A stretch of 64,000 bases of DNA. Origin: Prochlorococcus sp. AG-670-O17. GTDB lineage: Bacteria; Cyanobacteriota; Cyanobacteriia; PCC-6307; Cyanobiaceae. This document shows positions 22,528-33,240 of this stretch, in pieces; within the stretch, counting starts at the first letter, position 1; each line of letters starts with the position of its first letter. The notes beneath the pieces are model-generated. The model was not told where the DNA came from and ran no database searches. It worked only from the letters and a program-made list of their open reading frames with translations. The translations under genes and the position numbers were made by a program. The stretch spans positions 43,739 through 107,738 of the forward strand of contig QCTC01000001.1 in the NCBI GenBank assembly GCA_003211315.1. Direction: 5' to 3'.

Positions 22528-23443
22528 TTTCTAATAATTTTTCAATTACTTGATCCGAAACACTTTTGTTAGATAAAGTTTCTATCTCTCTTAATCCTGT
22601 CGGACTTGTTACATTAATTTCACTAAGCATTTCATTTATTACATCTATACCAACAAAGAATAAACCTTCATCTTTGAAATGTTGAGATAACTCAGTACAA
22701 ATCTTTTTTTCTTTAGCTGTAAGGTTTGTTTTTTCTGCTTTACCTCCCATAGCTAAATTACTCCTAAAGTCACCTCCTTGAGGAATTCTATTTATTGATC
22801 CAATTGGCTCACCGTTAACAATAATTATTCGTTTATCCCCTTCTTTTACTTCGGGAATGAATTTTTGCATCATTACTGGTAATTGTTCTTGTGATGTTAT
22901 TAATTCAATCATTGCTTTAATCCCTGGAGAATCCTTAGTTAGACGAATAACGCCTTGTCCTCCTTTTCCGCCAAGTGGTTTAATAACAACATCATGATTA
23001 ATTTGTGCAAAATTAATAAGATCTTTTACTTTACTTGCAACTATTGTTGGAGCCATCAAATGGCTGTACCTCAATGCGCCTAATTTTTCATTCCAAGCAC
23101 GTAATGAGGAAGGCTTATTTATAACTTTTACTCCTTTTCTTTCGGCCACTTCCAAAAGATGAGTTGCATATAAATATCCCTCATTTACTGGGGGATCTTT
23201 TCTCATCCAAATACAATTAAATTCAGCAAGAGGGATACATTTATTTTCTTTAAAAGAAACCCATGGACAAACTTCAGCTCTCCAAGAAGATGCCCATACT
23301 TCATCTCCTCTTGCCTCTAGATCTTGAGGAGTACAAGTCCATACCTCTATCTTTTTCTTAGAAGAAGCTTGCATTAATGCTGCAGATGAATCTTTTAATG
23401 GATTTATATTTTTTATTGGGTCTACTACAAATAGAAATTTCAT
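22520..23443 (-). CDS. gshB: Glutathione synthetase
   Basis: [44 protein letters not shown]. Confidence 0.97.
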   Translation of the reverse strand: MKFLFVVDPIKNINPLKDSSAALMQASSKKKIEVWTCTPQDLEARGDEVWASSWRAEVCPWVSFKENKCIPLAEFNCIWMRKDPPVNEGYLYATHLLEVAERKGVKVINKPSSLRAWNEKLGALRYSHLMAPTIVASKVKDLINFAQINHDVVIKPLGGKGGQGVIRLTKDSPGIKAMIELITSQEQLPVMMQKFIPEVKEGDKRIIIVNGEPIGSINRIPQGGDFRSNLAMGGKAEKTNLTAKEKKICTELSQHFKDEGLFFVGIDVINEMLSEINVTSPTGLREIETLSNKSVSDQVIEKLLEII

Positions 23444-23448
23444 ATTAT

Positions 23449-23703
23449 CTAATTCAGTAATAAGTCCAGTTTGTCCTGTTTTTCTAATTCATAAAGTTCG
23501 TCACAACCACCAATACTTTTGTCATCAATGAAAATTTGAGGAACTGTTCTTTTACCATTAGCTCTCTCCATCATGAGTTCCCTTGCATGATCATCGCCAT
23601 CTATTTTATGTTCAGTAAAAGTTATACTTTTTTTTTCAAGTAAAGATTTCGCCCGTATGCAGAATGGGCAAAATCGCCAAGTATAAATTTCAACTTTAGA
23701 CAT
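23449..23703 (-). CDS. grxC: Glutaredoxin 3
   Basis: CPFC, TVPQIFI, GGCDEL. Confidence 0.95.
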   Translation of the reverse strand: MSKVEIYTWRFCPFCIRAKSLLEKKSITFTEHKIDGDDHARELMMERANGKRTVPQIFIDDKSIGGCDELYELEKQDKLDLLLN

Positions 23704-23779
23704 TTTTTTAAAATAATATTTACTTAATACTATTAAATAAAAGTGCTTGTTAGATTATAAATAACAATTAAATTCTATT

Positions 23780-24902
23780 TTGATAGATATAACAGAATTT
23801 AAAAAAGATCTTTCAGAGTTAACCAAGCGCCTGGGTAATGCTCAGGATTGTCTTTGACGTCCCCAATTTAGTAGCTAAGAAAAAAGAGTTAGAGCAAATT
23901 GCTGCTCAACCAGAATTCTGGGGTAATCAGGCAGATGCAAAAAAACACATGCTCAACCTTGATGATGTTAGAGATCAACTTCAATTGTTAGATAAATGGA
24001 AAATGTTAATTTCTGATGCTGAGGCTTCTCTTGAGCTTTATTCCTTAGAGCCTGAAGAAGAAATGATTGTTGAGTCTCATCAAGGGTTAGTTACTTTAAG
24101 AGAGAATTTAGATAAGTGGGAATTCCAAAGATTATTATGTGGTGAATATGATAAAGAAGCTGCCATCGTCTCTATTAATGCTGGTGCAGGTGGCACTGAT
24201 GCACAAGATTGGGTGGAAATTCTATTAAGAATGTATTCAAGATGGGCAGATAATAATGGAATGAGCTTAGAAATTACTGATTTATCTGATGGAGAAGAAG
24301 CAGGTATTAAAAGTGTTACTTTTGAAGTTAATGGTAAATATGCTTATGGTTATCTTCAAAATGAAAAAGGTACTCATAGATTAGTAAGAATCTCACCGTT
24401 TAATGCAAATGGTAAAAGACAAACTAGTTTCGCTGGAGTTGAGGTCATGCCAAAATTAGATCAAAGTATTTCATTAGATATTCCTGATAAAGATTTAGAA
24501 ATTACAACTAGTAGATCAGGCGGAGCTGGAGGACAAAACGTTAATAAAGTAGAAACAGCAGTAAGGATTGTACATTTGCCTTCAGGAATCGCTGTAAGAT
24601 GTACTCAAGAGAGATCTCAGTTACAAAATAAGGAGAAAGCAATGTTATTGCTTAAAGCTAAATTATTAGTAATAGCTAAAGAACAAAGAGCTTCTGAAAT
24701 ATCGGATATTAAAGGTGATATTGTTGAAGCTGCATGGGGTAATCAAATACGAAATTATGTTTTTCATCCCTATCAAATGGTCAAAGATTTAAGAACAATG
24801 AAAGAGACTAATGATTTAGATGCAGTTCTTAATGGTGGATTAGATCAATTTATTCATGAATTATTACGTATGAATATTTCTTCTAAAGAGTCTATTCAAT
24901 AA
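23780..24902 (+). CDS. prfB: Peptide chain release factor 2 (programmed +1 frameshift; join 23780..23854, 23856..24902)
   Basis: TTG 23780 reads [25 protein letters not shown] to CTT-TGA-C; the +1 frame continues DVPNL...; SPF and GGQ motifs. Confidence 0.96.
23843..23858 (+). other. prfB +1 ribosomal frameshift site
   Basis: CAGGAT TGT CTT TGA C: internal SD-like AGGA, slippery CTT, in-frame TGA, C. Confidence 0.93.
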
Positions 24903-24906
24903 ATTC

Positions 24907-25089
24907 ATGGCAAATCAAAACGAAAATTTAGAAAAAAAAGTTTCTCCTCCTAGCTTTATAAAACTAGCTATGAGAAATATGGTTAGGAAGGGTTCTAAAA
25001 GTATTTCTCATTTTTCAATTACTTTTTTAATTCTGATCGGACTTTTAATTTTAATAGCTACTTTAGGAAAGCCTAATATGCCTGTTTAA
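24907..25089 (+). CDS. Small cyanobacterial membrane protein (DUF3285-like)
   Basis: [21 protein letters not shown] plus one C-terminal TM helix. Confidence 0.8.
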   Translation: MANQNENLEKKVSPPSFIKLAMRNMVRKGSKSISHFSITFLILIGLLILIATLGKPNMPV

Positions 25090-25096
25090 TGAAAGT

Positions 25097-25639
25097 ATGT
25101 ATCAAAAAGATTTATATGACTTACAAATAGATTTAGTCTTTAAATGTAATGATTTTTCTAATTTATCAAATCATTTTATAAATAAGACAGATAAACTTAT
25201 TTTCGAATCTGGTTTTTGGGAAGAAGTATTATTGTGTTGGATTAAAATAATTCTAGATGAAAAAGATACTTCTTTTCCAAATTTTATTTTAGATAAAAAA
25301 AGTTTTTCGTTAAGTTTGCAGATTATTAATGATAATGAAATTTCTTCTATTAATCAAAAGTGGATGAATAAATCTGGGTCAACTGATGTTTTATCTTTCC
25401 CAATTATTTCTGATGAAGATACTACTAAAGATTTAAATTTTGTTGAATTAGGAGATTTATTTATATCCTTAGAAACGGCTTTTAAACAATCCTTAGAATT
25501 TAATCATTCTATTAAAAAAGAAATGCTCTGGTTAGCAAGTCATGGATTATTACATCTTTTGGGATGGGAACATAATGATGATTATGAATTAGATAATATG
25601 TTAAATTTTCAAGAATATTTAATTTCAAATTTAGATTGA
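25097..25639 (+). CDS. ybeY: rRNA maturation endoribonuclease YbeY
   Basis: [25 protein letters not shown]. Confidence 0.93.
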   Translation: MYQKDLYDLQIDLVFKCNDFSNLSNHFINKTDKLIFESGFWEEVLLCWIKIILDEKDTSFPNFILDKKSFSLSLQIINDNEISSINQKWMNKSGSTDVLSFPIISDEDTTKDLNFVELGDLFISLETAFKQSLEFNHSIKKEMLWLASHGLLHLLGWEHNDDYELDNMLNFQEYLISNLD

Positions 25640-25662
25640 AAGATTTTATTAATCAACTATAA

Positions 25663-26079
25663 ATGAAGAGTAAAGCAAAACTTTTAAAAAGTAGAAGAAG
25701 GTCTTATAGGACATCTAAAAATGTTTTAATAAGTTTTAGATACGCTTTTAATGGGATTAAATATACATTTAAAAATTCAAGAAATTTTAAAATTCAAGTT
25801 CTTTTTGCTCTTTTTAGTTTAATCATAGGTTCTATTCTTCAACTTGATAAAAGCGATTATTTGATTATGCTGGGGACTATTTTTTCTGTATTGACTTTAG
25901 AAATAATAAATACATCAATCGAATCTTTAGTTGATCTAGTGATTAAAAAAAAGTTTAGTAATCTTGCAAAAATTGCAAAGGACTGTTCAGCAGGTGCTGT
26001 ATTATTAGCTTCAATTAATTCTGTTATTATTGGTCTATGCTTATTTATTCCTAAAATAAAGTTATTATTTTTAAATTGA
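25663..26079 (+). CDS. dgkA: Diacylglycerol/undecaprenol kinase
   Basis: SFRYAFNGI, EIINTSIESLVD, KIAKDCSAGAV; follows ybeY. Confidence 0.9.
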   Translation: MKSKAKLLKSRRRSYRTSKNVLISFRYAFNGIKYTFKNSRNFKIQVLFALFSLIIGSILQLDKSDYLIMLGTIFSVLTLEIINTSIESLVDLVIKKKFSNLAKIAKDCSAGAVLLASINSVIIGLCLFIPKIKLLFLN

Positions 26080-26086
26080 AAAAGAT

Positions 26087-26683
26087 ATGTTTCTAGTTAT
26101 CGATAATTATGATAGTTTTACTTATAACCTGGTTCAATACTTGGGAGAGCTTTCAGTAGAACATCATATAACAAAAGAATTATTAGTAAAAAGAAATGAT
26201 GAAATTACTTTAGAAGAAATAAGTCATATTAATCCCGATGGTATTTTATTGTCTCCTGGTCCAGGGAATCCAGATCAGTCAGGTATTTGTCTGCCTATTC
26301 TCCAAAACTTATCAAAGGAAATTCCAATATTAGGCGTCTGTTTAGGTCATCAAGCCTTGGCTCAAGCCTTTGGCGGTAAAGTAATAGTTGGTAAAGAATT
26401 AATGCATGGAAAGACCTCAAAAATTATTCACAATAAAAAAGGATTATTCAAAGATATTGATAGCCCATTTGTAGCTACTAGATATCATAGTCTTATAGTA
26501 GATTCAGAAACTCTCCCCTCTTGTTTTGAAATAACTGCAACTCTAGAGGATTCAACAATTATGGCAATTTCTCATAAAGAATATAAAAATTTACATGGTG
26601 TTCAGTTTCATCCAGAAAGTGTTCTAACACAATTTGGACATAAATTAATCAGTAATTTTCTAAATATGGCTGAACACAAGTAA
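26087..26683 (+). CDS. trpG: Anthranilate/aminodeoxychorismate synthase component II (glutamine amidotransferase)
   Basis: IDNYDSFTYNL, SPGPG, GVCLGHQ, RYHSL, QFHPES. Confidence 0.92.
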   Translation: MFLVIDNYDSFTYNLVQYLGELSVEHHITKELLVKRNDEITLEEISHINPDGILLSPGPGNPDQSGICLPILQNLSKEIPILGVCLGHQALAQAFGGKVIVGKELMHGKTSKIIHNKKGLFKDIDSPFVATRYHSLIVDSETLPSCFEITATLEDSTIMAISHKEYKNLHGVQFHPESVLTQFGHKLISNFLNMAEHK

Positions 26684-26704
26684 AATGTAATTATAAAATT
26701 TTCT

Positions 26705-27433
26705 ATGAGTATTATCAAAATTAAAAAATTTTTCCTTTTTATATTATTTTTATTTTTAATACCCTCATCCGCTATGGCAGGTGATTTGTTATTAAAAAGT
26801 TTAGGTCATGGTAGTTTTTTAATTAAAGGAAGAGAGAAATCAGTTCTTATAAATCCTTTTAAGGCTATTGGTTGTGCAAGTGATTTAAATGAGCCAAAAG
26901 GCACCAATGCTGATTTTATTTTAGCTAGTTCAAAACTAGCTGATGAAGGATATAATCCAAATAATCAATTGATGTTTGTAGAACCTGGAGTTTATAAATT
27001 CGAAAATATATTATTAAATGGAATTGAGGTTCCTCATGACAGAGTTGGGGGAAGAAGGTTTGGTATGGCTACGGTTTGGAGTTGGGAGCAGAATAATTTA
27101 AAAATAGTCCATATGGGTGGAGCTGCAGGTGAAATGGATGTAAATAGTCAAATTATTTTGTCCCGTCCAGATATTTTATTTATTTCAATAGGAGGAGGAC
27201 TCAAATCTTATAACGGAAGTGAGGCCTCAAATATAGTAAAAACATTAAAACCCTCAATTGTTGTTCCTGTCCATTTTATGAGAGGTAAAAATATTAGTGA
27301 TAATTGTGATTTTTCTAATGCTGACTTTTTTCTTGAAAATATGCCAGATTTTAAAGTCAAATATCTTGGTACAAGCTTTGAAATAAATTCAAAAAGAATT
27401 GATAAAAATACTATTTATATTTTCAAAGATTAA
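26705..27433 (+). CDS. Metallo-beta-lactamase-fold protein with signal peptide and degenerate metal site
   Basis: Signal peptide (KKFFLFILFLFLIPSSAMA); LGHGSFLI, LINPF, PHD, VHMG, VVPVH positions. Confidence 0.75.
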   Translation: MSIIKIKKFFLFILFLFLIPSSAMAGDLLLKSLGHGSFLIKGREKSVLINPFKAIGCASDLNEPKGTNADFILASSKLADEGYNPNNQLMFVEPGVYKFENILLNGIEVPHDRVGGRRFGMATVWSWEQNNLKIVHMGGAAGEMDVNSQIILSRPDILFISIGGGLKSYNGSEASNIVKTLKPSIVVPVHFMRGKNISDNCDFSNADFFLENMPDFKVKYLGTSFEINSKRIDKNTIYIFKD

Positions 27434-28539
27434 TTATTAAGATCTAATTTTTTATAAGTACTCCAGAAAAAACTCATTTGTTCTTGAGTTCCTATACTAA
27501 CCCTTATAGAGTTCTCAATATCTTTTTTGTTTTTCATCTCTCTTATTAAGATACCCTTTTCTCTCATTTGTCTTGTCAAAATTTCAGGATTTTTTTTTGG
27601 CCAAATTAAAAAATAATTTCCTCCACCAAAATGTTTCCTAATTGCTATGGATTCAAATTTCTTCTCAATTAATACTCTCGCTTTTTTTACTTCAGAAACA
27701 TAATTATCTATATAAGATTTATCATTTAGAGCAGCTAATGCAGCAGTAACAGCAAAACTGTTCACATCATAAGGTCCTGTCACTTTATTGATATATTGAA
27801 TTATACTTTTATGTCCGAACGCAAAGCCAATTCTTAAACCAGCTAAACCAGCAGTTTTTGAAAGGGATTGAATAACAACTATATTTTTAATTCTTTTAAA
27901 ATCTATTACTGGAAGAAGACTATCTCCGTTAAATTTCTCATAAAGTTCATCAACGACAATTAATGATTTTTTATTCAGATTTGCTAATTTAATTATTTCT
28001 TGAGCACTTAAAACAGTACCAGTTGGATTATTTGGATTACAAATAAATATTAATTTAGGTTTATGTTTAATAATTTTTTCTTTAAATCGCTTTATTGGGA
28101 AAAGAAAGTTTTCTCCTTCGTAGGCACAAGTTATTTTTCTCATACCTTGTATTTCAGAACAAGGAGAATAATAACCAAAAGTCGGGTTTGTGGTCAGAAA
28201 TATTTCATCTCTATCGCCAAAAGAATTAAATATCGCATTTATTGCAGCATCAGCTCCATTAAACAAACCTATCTCTTCAGAGTCAAATTGCCTTGATTCA
28301 TAATAGTGATTGGATACAAATTTTTTTAATAAGTTATATTCTGGATAGATTGAAATTTGATTTAAATTAATATCTTTGATAGCTTCATATACTTTTTGAC
28401 TGGGACCTAAAGTATTTTCATTAAAATCTAAACGCAATAAATTTCTTCTGTTTTCTAAAGGTGCAGAATAAGATTGCATATTTATTATTTCCTTTCTTGG
28501 GAGAGGTGAAAGATTATTTATTTGATCAAATTCATTCAT
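27430..28539 (-). CDS. hisC: Histidinol-phosphate aminotransferase-like (class I/II PLP)
   Basis: LDFNEN, CNPNNPTG, VDELY, SLSKTAGLAGLRIG. Confidence 0.8.
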   Translation of the reverse strand: MNEFDQINNLSPLPRKEIINMQSYSAPLENRRNLLRLDFNENTLGPSQKVYEAIKDINLNQISIYPEYNLLKKFVSNHYYESRQFDSEEIGLFNGADAAINAIFNSFGDRDEIFLTTNPTFGYYSPCSEIQGMRKITCAYEGENFLFPIKRFKEKIIKHKPKLIFICNPNNPTGTVLSAQEIIKLANLNKKSLIVVDELYEKFNGDSLLPVIDFKRIKNIVVIQSLSKTAGLAGLRIGFAFGHKSIIQYINKVTGPYDVNSFAVTAALAALNDKSYIDNYVSEVKKARVLIEKKFESIAIRKHFGGGNYFLIWPKKNPEILTRQMREKGILIREMKNKKDIENSIRVSIGTQEQMSFFWSTYKKLDLNN

Positions 28540-30350
28540 TACATTCTCTCTAAGGTTTCAATTCCAAGAAGCTCTAAACTTAATTTTAAAGTCTTTTCAG
28601 TTAAAGCACATAATGTGAGTCTTGAAATCTTTGTATCCATTTCCCCCTTAAGAATAGGAACTTGATCATAAAATCTATTAAAAGTCTTACATAATTCAAA
28701 CAGATAATTACATAATCTATTTGGCATTAAGTCTTTTTCTATCGAAATAATAACTTCATCAAATTTAAGTAATTTCCTTATAAGCTTCCACTCTAAATCA
28801 TTGCTATATGAAATAGATTCCAAATTTATAGCCTCTTGAGTCATATTATTTTTTCTATTAATTCCTGAAATTCTTACAAGTGTATATAAAAGATAAGGGG
28901 CCGTATTTCCATTAAGAGAAAGCATCTTTTCAAAACTAAATTGATAATTTGTGATTCTATTTTGGCTTAAATCGGCATATTTTACTGCTCCGATTCCAAT
29001 AACTTTTGAAGTATTTAAAATAAAATCATCATTTTCAAAACGACTTTCGTTCTCTAATCTTTTTAATAGATCTTCTTTTGCTCTTTTAACTGACTCTGAT
29101 AATAAATCTTTTAGTTTTATGGTATCTCCTTCTCTTGTTTTAAGTTTTTTTCCATCAATACCTTGTACTAACCCGAATGGGACGTGATTTGCTTCACAAT
29201 CTTTAGGAATCCAATTAGCTCTTTTTGCAACTTGAAAAACTCCTGCAAAATGATTGGATTGACCATGATCTGTTACATAAATAATTCTAGCTGCATTATC
29301 TCCATAAGGTTCCTTATTAAATCGATATCTTAGAGCAGCAAGATCAGTAGTTGCATAATTAAACCCACCGTCTTTTTTTTGAATAATAAGTGGTAATGGA
29401 TTACCTTCTTTATTAGTCATGCCATCAAGAAAAACACATTTTGCGCCTTGATCTTCTACTAAAATTCCCTTGTAATTTAAATCCTCAATTATTGATTTTA
29501 AAAACGGATTATAAAAGGATTCTCCTCTTTCCTTAATTTTTATGTTCAATATTTTATAGATTTGATCAAACTCTTGTCTTGATTGATTGCATAATAATTT
29601 CCATGCTTCAATTGATTTTTTATCTCCACTTTGTAATTGAACTACCTCTTCTCTTGATCTCTTTTGAAATTCTGTTTCATTATCAAATCTTTTTTTTGAA
29701 GCTTTATAGAATTCAACTAAATCGCTAATTTTGATCCTATCTATTTCTTTAAGATCACTTGAATATAAATCTTTAAGCTGAGTAATAAGCATTCCAAATT
29801 GTGTACCCCAATCTCCAATGTGATTTAGTCTTAAAACGATATATCCTCTAAATTCGAAAATTTTGGAGATCGAATCTCCTATAATTGTTGATCTTAGATG
29901 ACCTACATGCATTTCTTTAGCAATATTAGGACTTGAAAAATCTACGATAACTTTTTTTTGGGAATGACTATTATTTTTATGGGATAAAGGAACACCAGCT
30001 CTCGGGCATTTAATATTAGATTTTATTGCTTCAATCAAAATTTTATTTTTTAATTTTATATTTATAAAACCTGGTCCAGCAATTTCTAAATCTTCACACA
30101 AATTAGATATCTTTTTATTTTCTTTAAGGGCCTCAATAAATGCTATAGCAATTTCTCTAGGGTTACTTTTATAAATCTTAGATAAAACCAGACATATATT
30201 ACATTGATAATCACCAAACTCCTCTTTAGATGCTTGATTAATTAGATTTTTACGAATTTTTTCAAATTCTTCTTTCTTTTCATTTTTTATAAGACTTTCT
30301 AGAAGGGTTTCTTCAAAGCTTTTAGTTAATTCTTTAAAAATTACCTGCAT
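28539..30350 (-). CDS. argS: Arginine--tRNA ligase
   Basis: [38 protein letters not shown]-terminal LERM. Confidence 0.98.
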   Translation of the reverse strand: MQVIFKELTKSFEETLLESLIKNEKKEEFEKIRKNLINQASKEEFGDYQCNICLVLSKIYKSNPREIAIAFIEALKENKKISNLCEDLEIAGPGFINIKLKNKILIEAIKSNIKCPRAGVPLSHKNNSHSQKKVIVDFSSPNIAKEMHVGHLRSTIIGDSISKIFEFRGYIVLRLNHIGDWGTQFGMLITQLKDLYSSDLKEIDRIKISDLVEFYKASKKRFDNETEFQKRSREEVVQLQSGDKKSIEAWKLLCNQSRQEFDQIYKILNIKIKERGESFYNPFLKSIIEDLNYKGILVEDQGAKCVFLDGMTNKEGNPLPLIIQKKDGGFNYATTDLAALRYRFNKEPYGDNAARIIYVTDHGQSNHFAGVFQVAKRANWIPKDCEANHVPFGLVQGIDGKKLKTREGDTIKLKDLLSESVKRAKEDLLKRLENESRFENDDFILNTSKVIGIGAVKYADLSQNRITNYQFSFEKMLSLNGNTAPYLLYTLVRISGINRKNNMTQEAINLESISYSNDLEWKLIRKLLKFDEVIISIEKDLMPNRLCNYLFELCKTFNRFYDQVPILKGEMDTKISRLTLCALTEKTLKLSLELLGIETLERM

Positions 30351-30377
30351 GAATTATTAAAATGCTATTCGAGTCAC

Positions 30378-31244
30378 TTAATTAATATAACGCATACTAA
30401 AATCAATCCAATTACTTTTAGTAATTGAAGAACTTGTTGAAATCAAATCAATTCCATCAATTAAATAGTTACTAATGTTAATTGGATCTATTCCAGATAT
30501 CTCTATGATTAAATCATTCCTAATTGTTCTATTAGAGTTATTTGTTGATAACTCTCTTAATTCTTTAATACTTTTTTTAAGTAATTCAGGATTAAATTCA
30601 TCTAACAAAATACTATCTGCACCTGCTAAAACTGCATCTTTTGCTTGCTTCATATCTTCTGCTTCAATAATAATATGAGTTGTAAAGGGAGTATTTAATC
30701 TAATTTTTTCAACTGCATTTTTCAAGTTATCAGTCCATGCAATATGGTTTTCTTTAATCATTGCAGCATCATATAATCCCATTCTATGATTAACACCACC
30801 ACCACATTTAAAAGCATACTTTTCAAATATTCTTAAACCAGGAGTAGTTTTTCTTGTATCTGCTAAATTTATATTTGTACCTTTCAGAACATCTACAATA
30901 TTTTTTGTATAAGTTGAGATTCCCGATAAATGCATTGAGATATTGAGACTTATTCTTTCACTTGCCAAGAGACTTCTTGAAGGGCCATTTAGTTCAAGAA
31001 GCTTTTGATCCTTCAAAAATTTTTCACCATCATTAATAAAAAAATTGCACTCTATCTTTTCGTCAATTTTTTTTAAAATTTCTTTTATTATTCCTACACC
31101 ACAAAATATCCCTTCCTCTTTTGCTATCCAATGGGCTTTTCCTATTTTTTTGGTAATCGCAGAAGATGTTAAATCACCTTTACCGATATCTTCTTCAATC
31201 CAATAATCAATAATTCTAGTAATATTTGGAGAGTATAAATCCAC
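30378..31244 (-). CDS. nadC: Quinolinate phosphoribosyltransferase
   Basis: EDIGKGDLT, DTRKTTPGLR, NHRMGLYDA.MIKENH, DFSM. Confidence 0.95.
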   Translation of the reverse strand: MDLYSPNITRIIDYWIEEDIGKGDLTSSAITKKIGKAHWIAKEEGIFCGVGIIKEILKKIDEKIECNFFINDGEKFLKDQKLLELNGPSRSLLASERISLNISMHLSGISTYTKNIVDVLKGTNINLADTRKTTPGLRIFEKYAFKCGGGVNHRMGLYDAAMIKENHIAWTDNLKNAVEKIRLNTPFTTHIIIEAEDMKQAKDAVLAGADSILLDEFNPELLKKSIKELRELSTNNSNRTIRNDLIIEISGIDPINISNYLIDGIDLISTSSSITKSNWIDFSMRYIN

Positions 31245-31319
31245 TAAATTTGAAAAAGATAAAAATTTTATTTTAACTTTTAAAGTTTACTTTATACATT
31301 TATGTATTTTAATAAAAAT

Positions 31320-32702
31320 TTATTTACCTATACAAAATTTGGAAAAAATATTATTTAGTAGATCTTCAGTTAATTCTTGACCTGTAATTCTCGATAAGTT
31401 TTTTATTCCATCTCTAACTTCAATTGATAATAAATCGAAGGGTAATTGATTAGCAATTATTGGATCAGTATCATTTAAATTTTTTAGGCAATCAGTTAGG
31501 TTTGATATTTGTCTCTCATTTAAAAAAATATCCATATTTTCAAATTCTTTTGATCCACATTTTTTAACAATCTTCTCGACTAGTTCTTTTTCGCCTTCAT
31601 CATTTTTAATACTCATTAAAACAGAGTTCGATAAATTTTTTTTATTTACTTTTTTTGAATTAATTAAATCTTTTTTATTCCCCAAGATTGTAATTAATTT
31701 TTCTTGTGGAATTTTACTTATAATTTTTTCATCATCCTTATTTAATCCTTCTTCAAGACTATATAAATAGATTATATAGTCTGAGTTTTTAATCATTTCA
31801 AAGCTTTTTTCAATTCCAATATTTTCTATATATTCATCGGTTTCTCTAATGCCAGCGGTATCTATTATTTTTATTGGTATATCTTTTATAGTCAAATTCA
31901 CTTCAATTATATCTCTAGTTGTTCCTGGGATACTGGTAACTATTGCTTTTTCTTTTTTTGAGAGAAGATTTAACAGAGAACTTTTCCCAACATTAGTTTT
32001 ACCAATAAGAGCGATTGATATTCCATTATGGATATTAGCCCCCCTTTTTGAATTTTCTATAAGGATTTCTATTTTTTCTTTTATAGTTTTAATATTTCTA
32101 GAAAAATTATGATAATTAAACTCTGAAAAATCCTCTTCAAAGTCTACTCTTGCTTCTATTTCTGATAATTGCTCTATTAGATCATTTTTAATAATATCAA
32201 TCTTTTTCTTTATTTCTCCCTTTACTCCATTAAAAGCTATTTCTGCTGATTTAAGATTTTTTGCATTAATCAATTGATTAATTGATTCTGCTTGAGTTAA
32301 ATCTATTTTGCCATTAAGAAATGCTCTTTGACTAAATTCCCCTGGATTTGCAATCCTTACCCCAGGATTATTTGATAACAATGTCTCCATCACTTTATTT
32401 ACAACAATTACTCCTCCATGACAGTGCAATTCAACAATATCTTCTCCAGTGAAACTATTAGGAGAATGCATAACTGTAATTAAAATTTCATCTATAAATT
32501 TATTTTCTAAATTATCCTTTATAAAGCCATGAAAAACTCTATGAGACTCCCAAGCATATTTAGATTTTGTTTCTACAATATTTTTACAGGAATTTATTGC
32601 TTCTTCCCCTGATACTCTTATAACTGCAATTCCTCCTTTACCTAGACTTATAGCCGAAGCTATAGCTGCTATTGTATCCTCAGTATCGATAATTGATTCC
32701 AT
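31320..32702 (-). CDS. mnmE: tRNA modification GTPase MnmE
   Basis: [32 protein letters not shown]-terminal FCIGK. Confidence 0.98.
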   Translation of the reverse strand: MESIIDTEDTIAAIASAISLGKGGIAVIRVSGEEAINSCKNIVETKSKYAWESHRVFHGFIKDNLENKFIDEILITVMHSPNSFTGEDIVELHCHGGVIVVNKVMETLLSNNPGVRIANPGEFSQRAFLNGKIDLTQAESINQLINAKNLKSAEIAFNGVKGEIKKKIDIIKNDLIEQLSEIEARVDFEEDFSEFNYHNFSRNIKTIKEKIEILIENSKRGANIHNGISIALIGKTNVGKSSLLNLLSKKEKAIVTSIPGTTRDIIEVNLTIKDIPIKIIDTAGIRETDEYIENIGIEKSFEMIKNSDYIIYLYSLEEGLNKDDEKIISKIPQEKLITILGNKKDLINSKKVNKKNLSNSVLMSIKNDEGEKELVEKIVKKCGSKEFENMDIFLNERQISNLTDCLKNLNDTDPIIANQLPFDLLSIEVRDGIKNLSRITGQELTEDLLNNIFSKFCIGK

Positions 32703-32768
32703 CTCTCACTATGCTGGGGATAATTAAGTAGGCTTATCAAAGAAAACTTTCTTGATTGTAATTTCAAA

Positions 32769-33233
32769 ATGAAGTTGATAAAGAATCTTCAATATAAAAA
32801 AATTCTATCATTATTTTTGAAACAAGATGGTACTCCCTTTTTTAATGCAAAGGGAGTAGCTGTTGGGGTATTTTGCGGATGCTTTCCTTTCTTTGGTTTT
32901 CAAACTTTATTAGGATTATTTTTAGCAAGAGTTGCGAAAGGAAATCTTTTTCTTGCTGCAATTGGTACTTGGATAAGTAATCCATTTACTTATGTACCTC
33001 TATATTTTTTCAATTATAAAGTTGGTTCATTTTTGCTAAAAAATTCACCAGATATTGTTTTTGATAAAAATTTACTGATTGAAGAATTATGGGAAAAAGG
33101 AAGTGTTTTTTCATTAAGGTTAATTTTGGGTTCAGCATTAGTTGGATTTTTATTAGCTTCTATTTCAGGAATCATTGTTTTTTTGCTATATAAAAGAAAA
33201 ATAAAAAAAAATAGCATCTTAAAATTCTTCTAA
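32769..33233 (+). CDS. DUF2062-like membrane protein
   Basis: GTP...AKGVAVGVFCGCFPFFGFQT, TWISNPFTYVP. Confidence 0.78.
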   Translation: MKLIKNLQYKKILSLFLKQDGTPFFNAKGVAVGVFCGCFPFFGFQTLLGLFLARVAKGNLFLAAIGTWISNPFTYVPLYFFNYKVGSFLLKNSPDIVFDKNLLIEELWEKGSVFSLRLILGSALVGFLLASISGIIVFLLYKRKIKKNSILKFF

Positions 33234-33240
33234 GTTTAAA

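Noticed and set aside
23838-23855. Track start of prfB (MLRIVF)
   Set aside because: Out-of-frame artefact of the programmed frameshift; not a pseudogene or sequencing error
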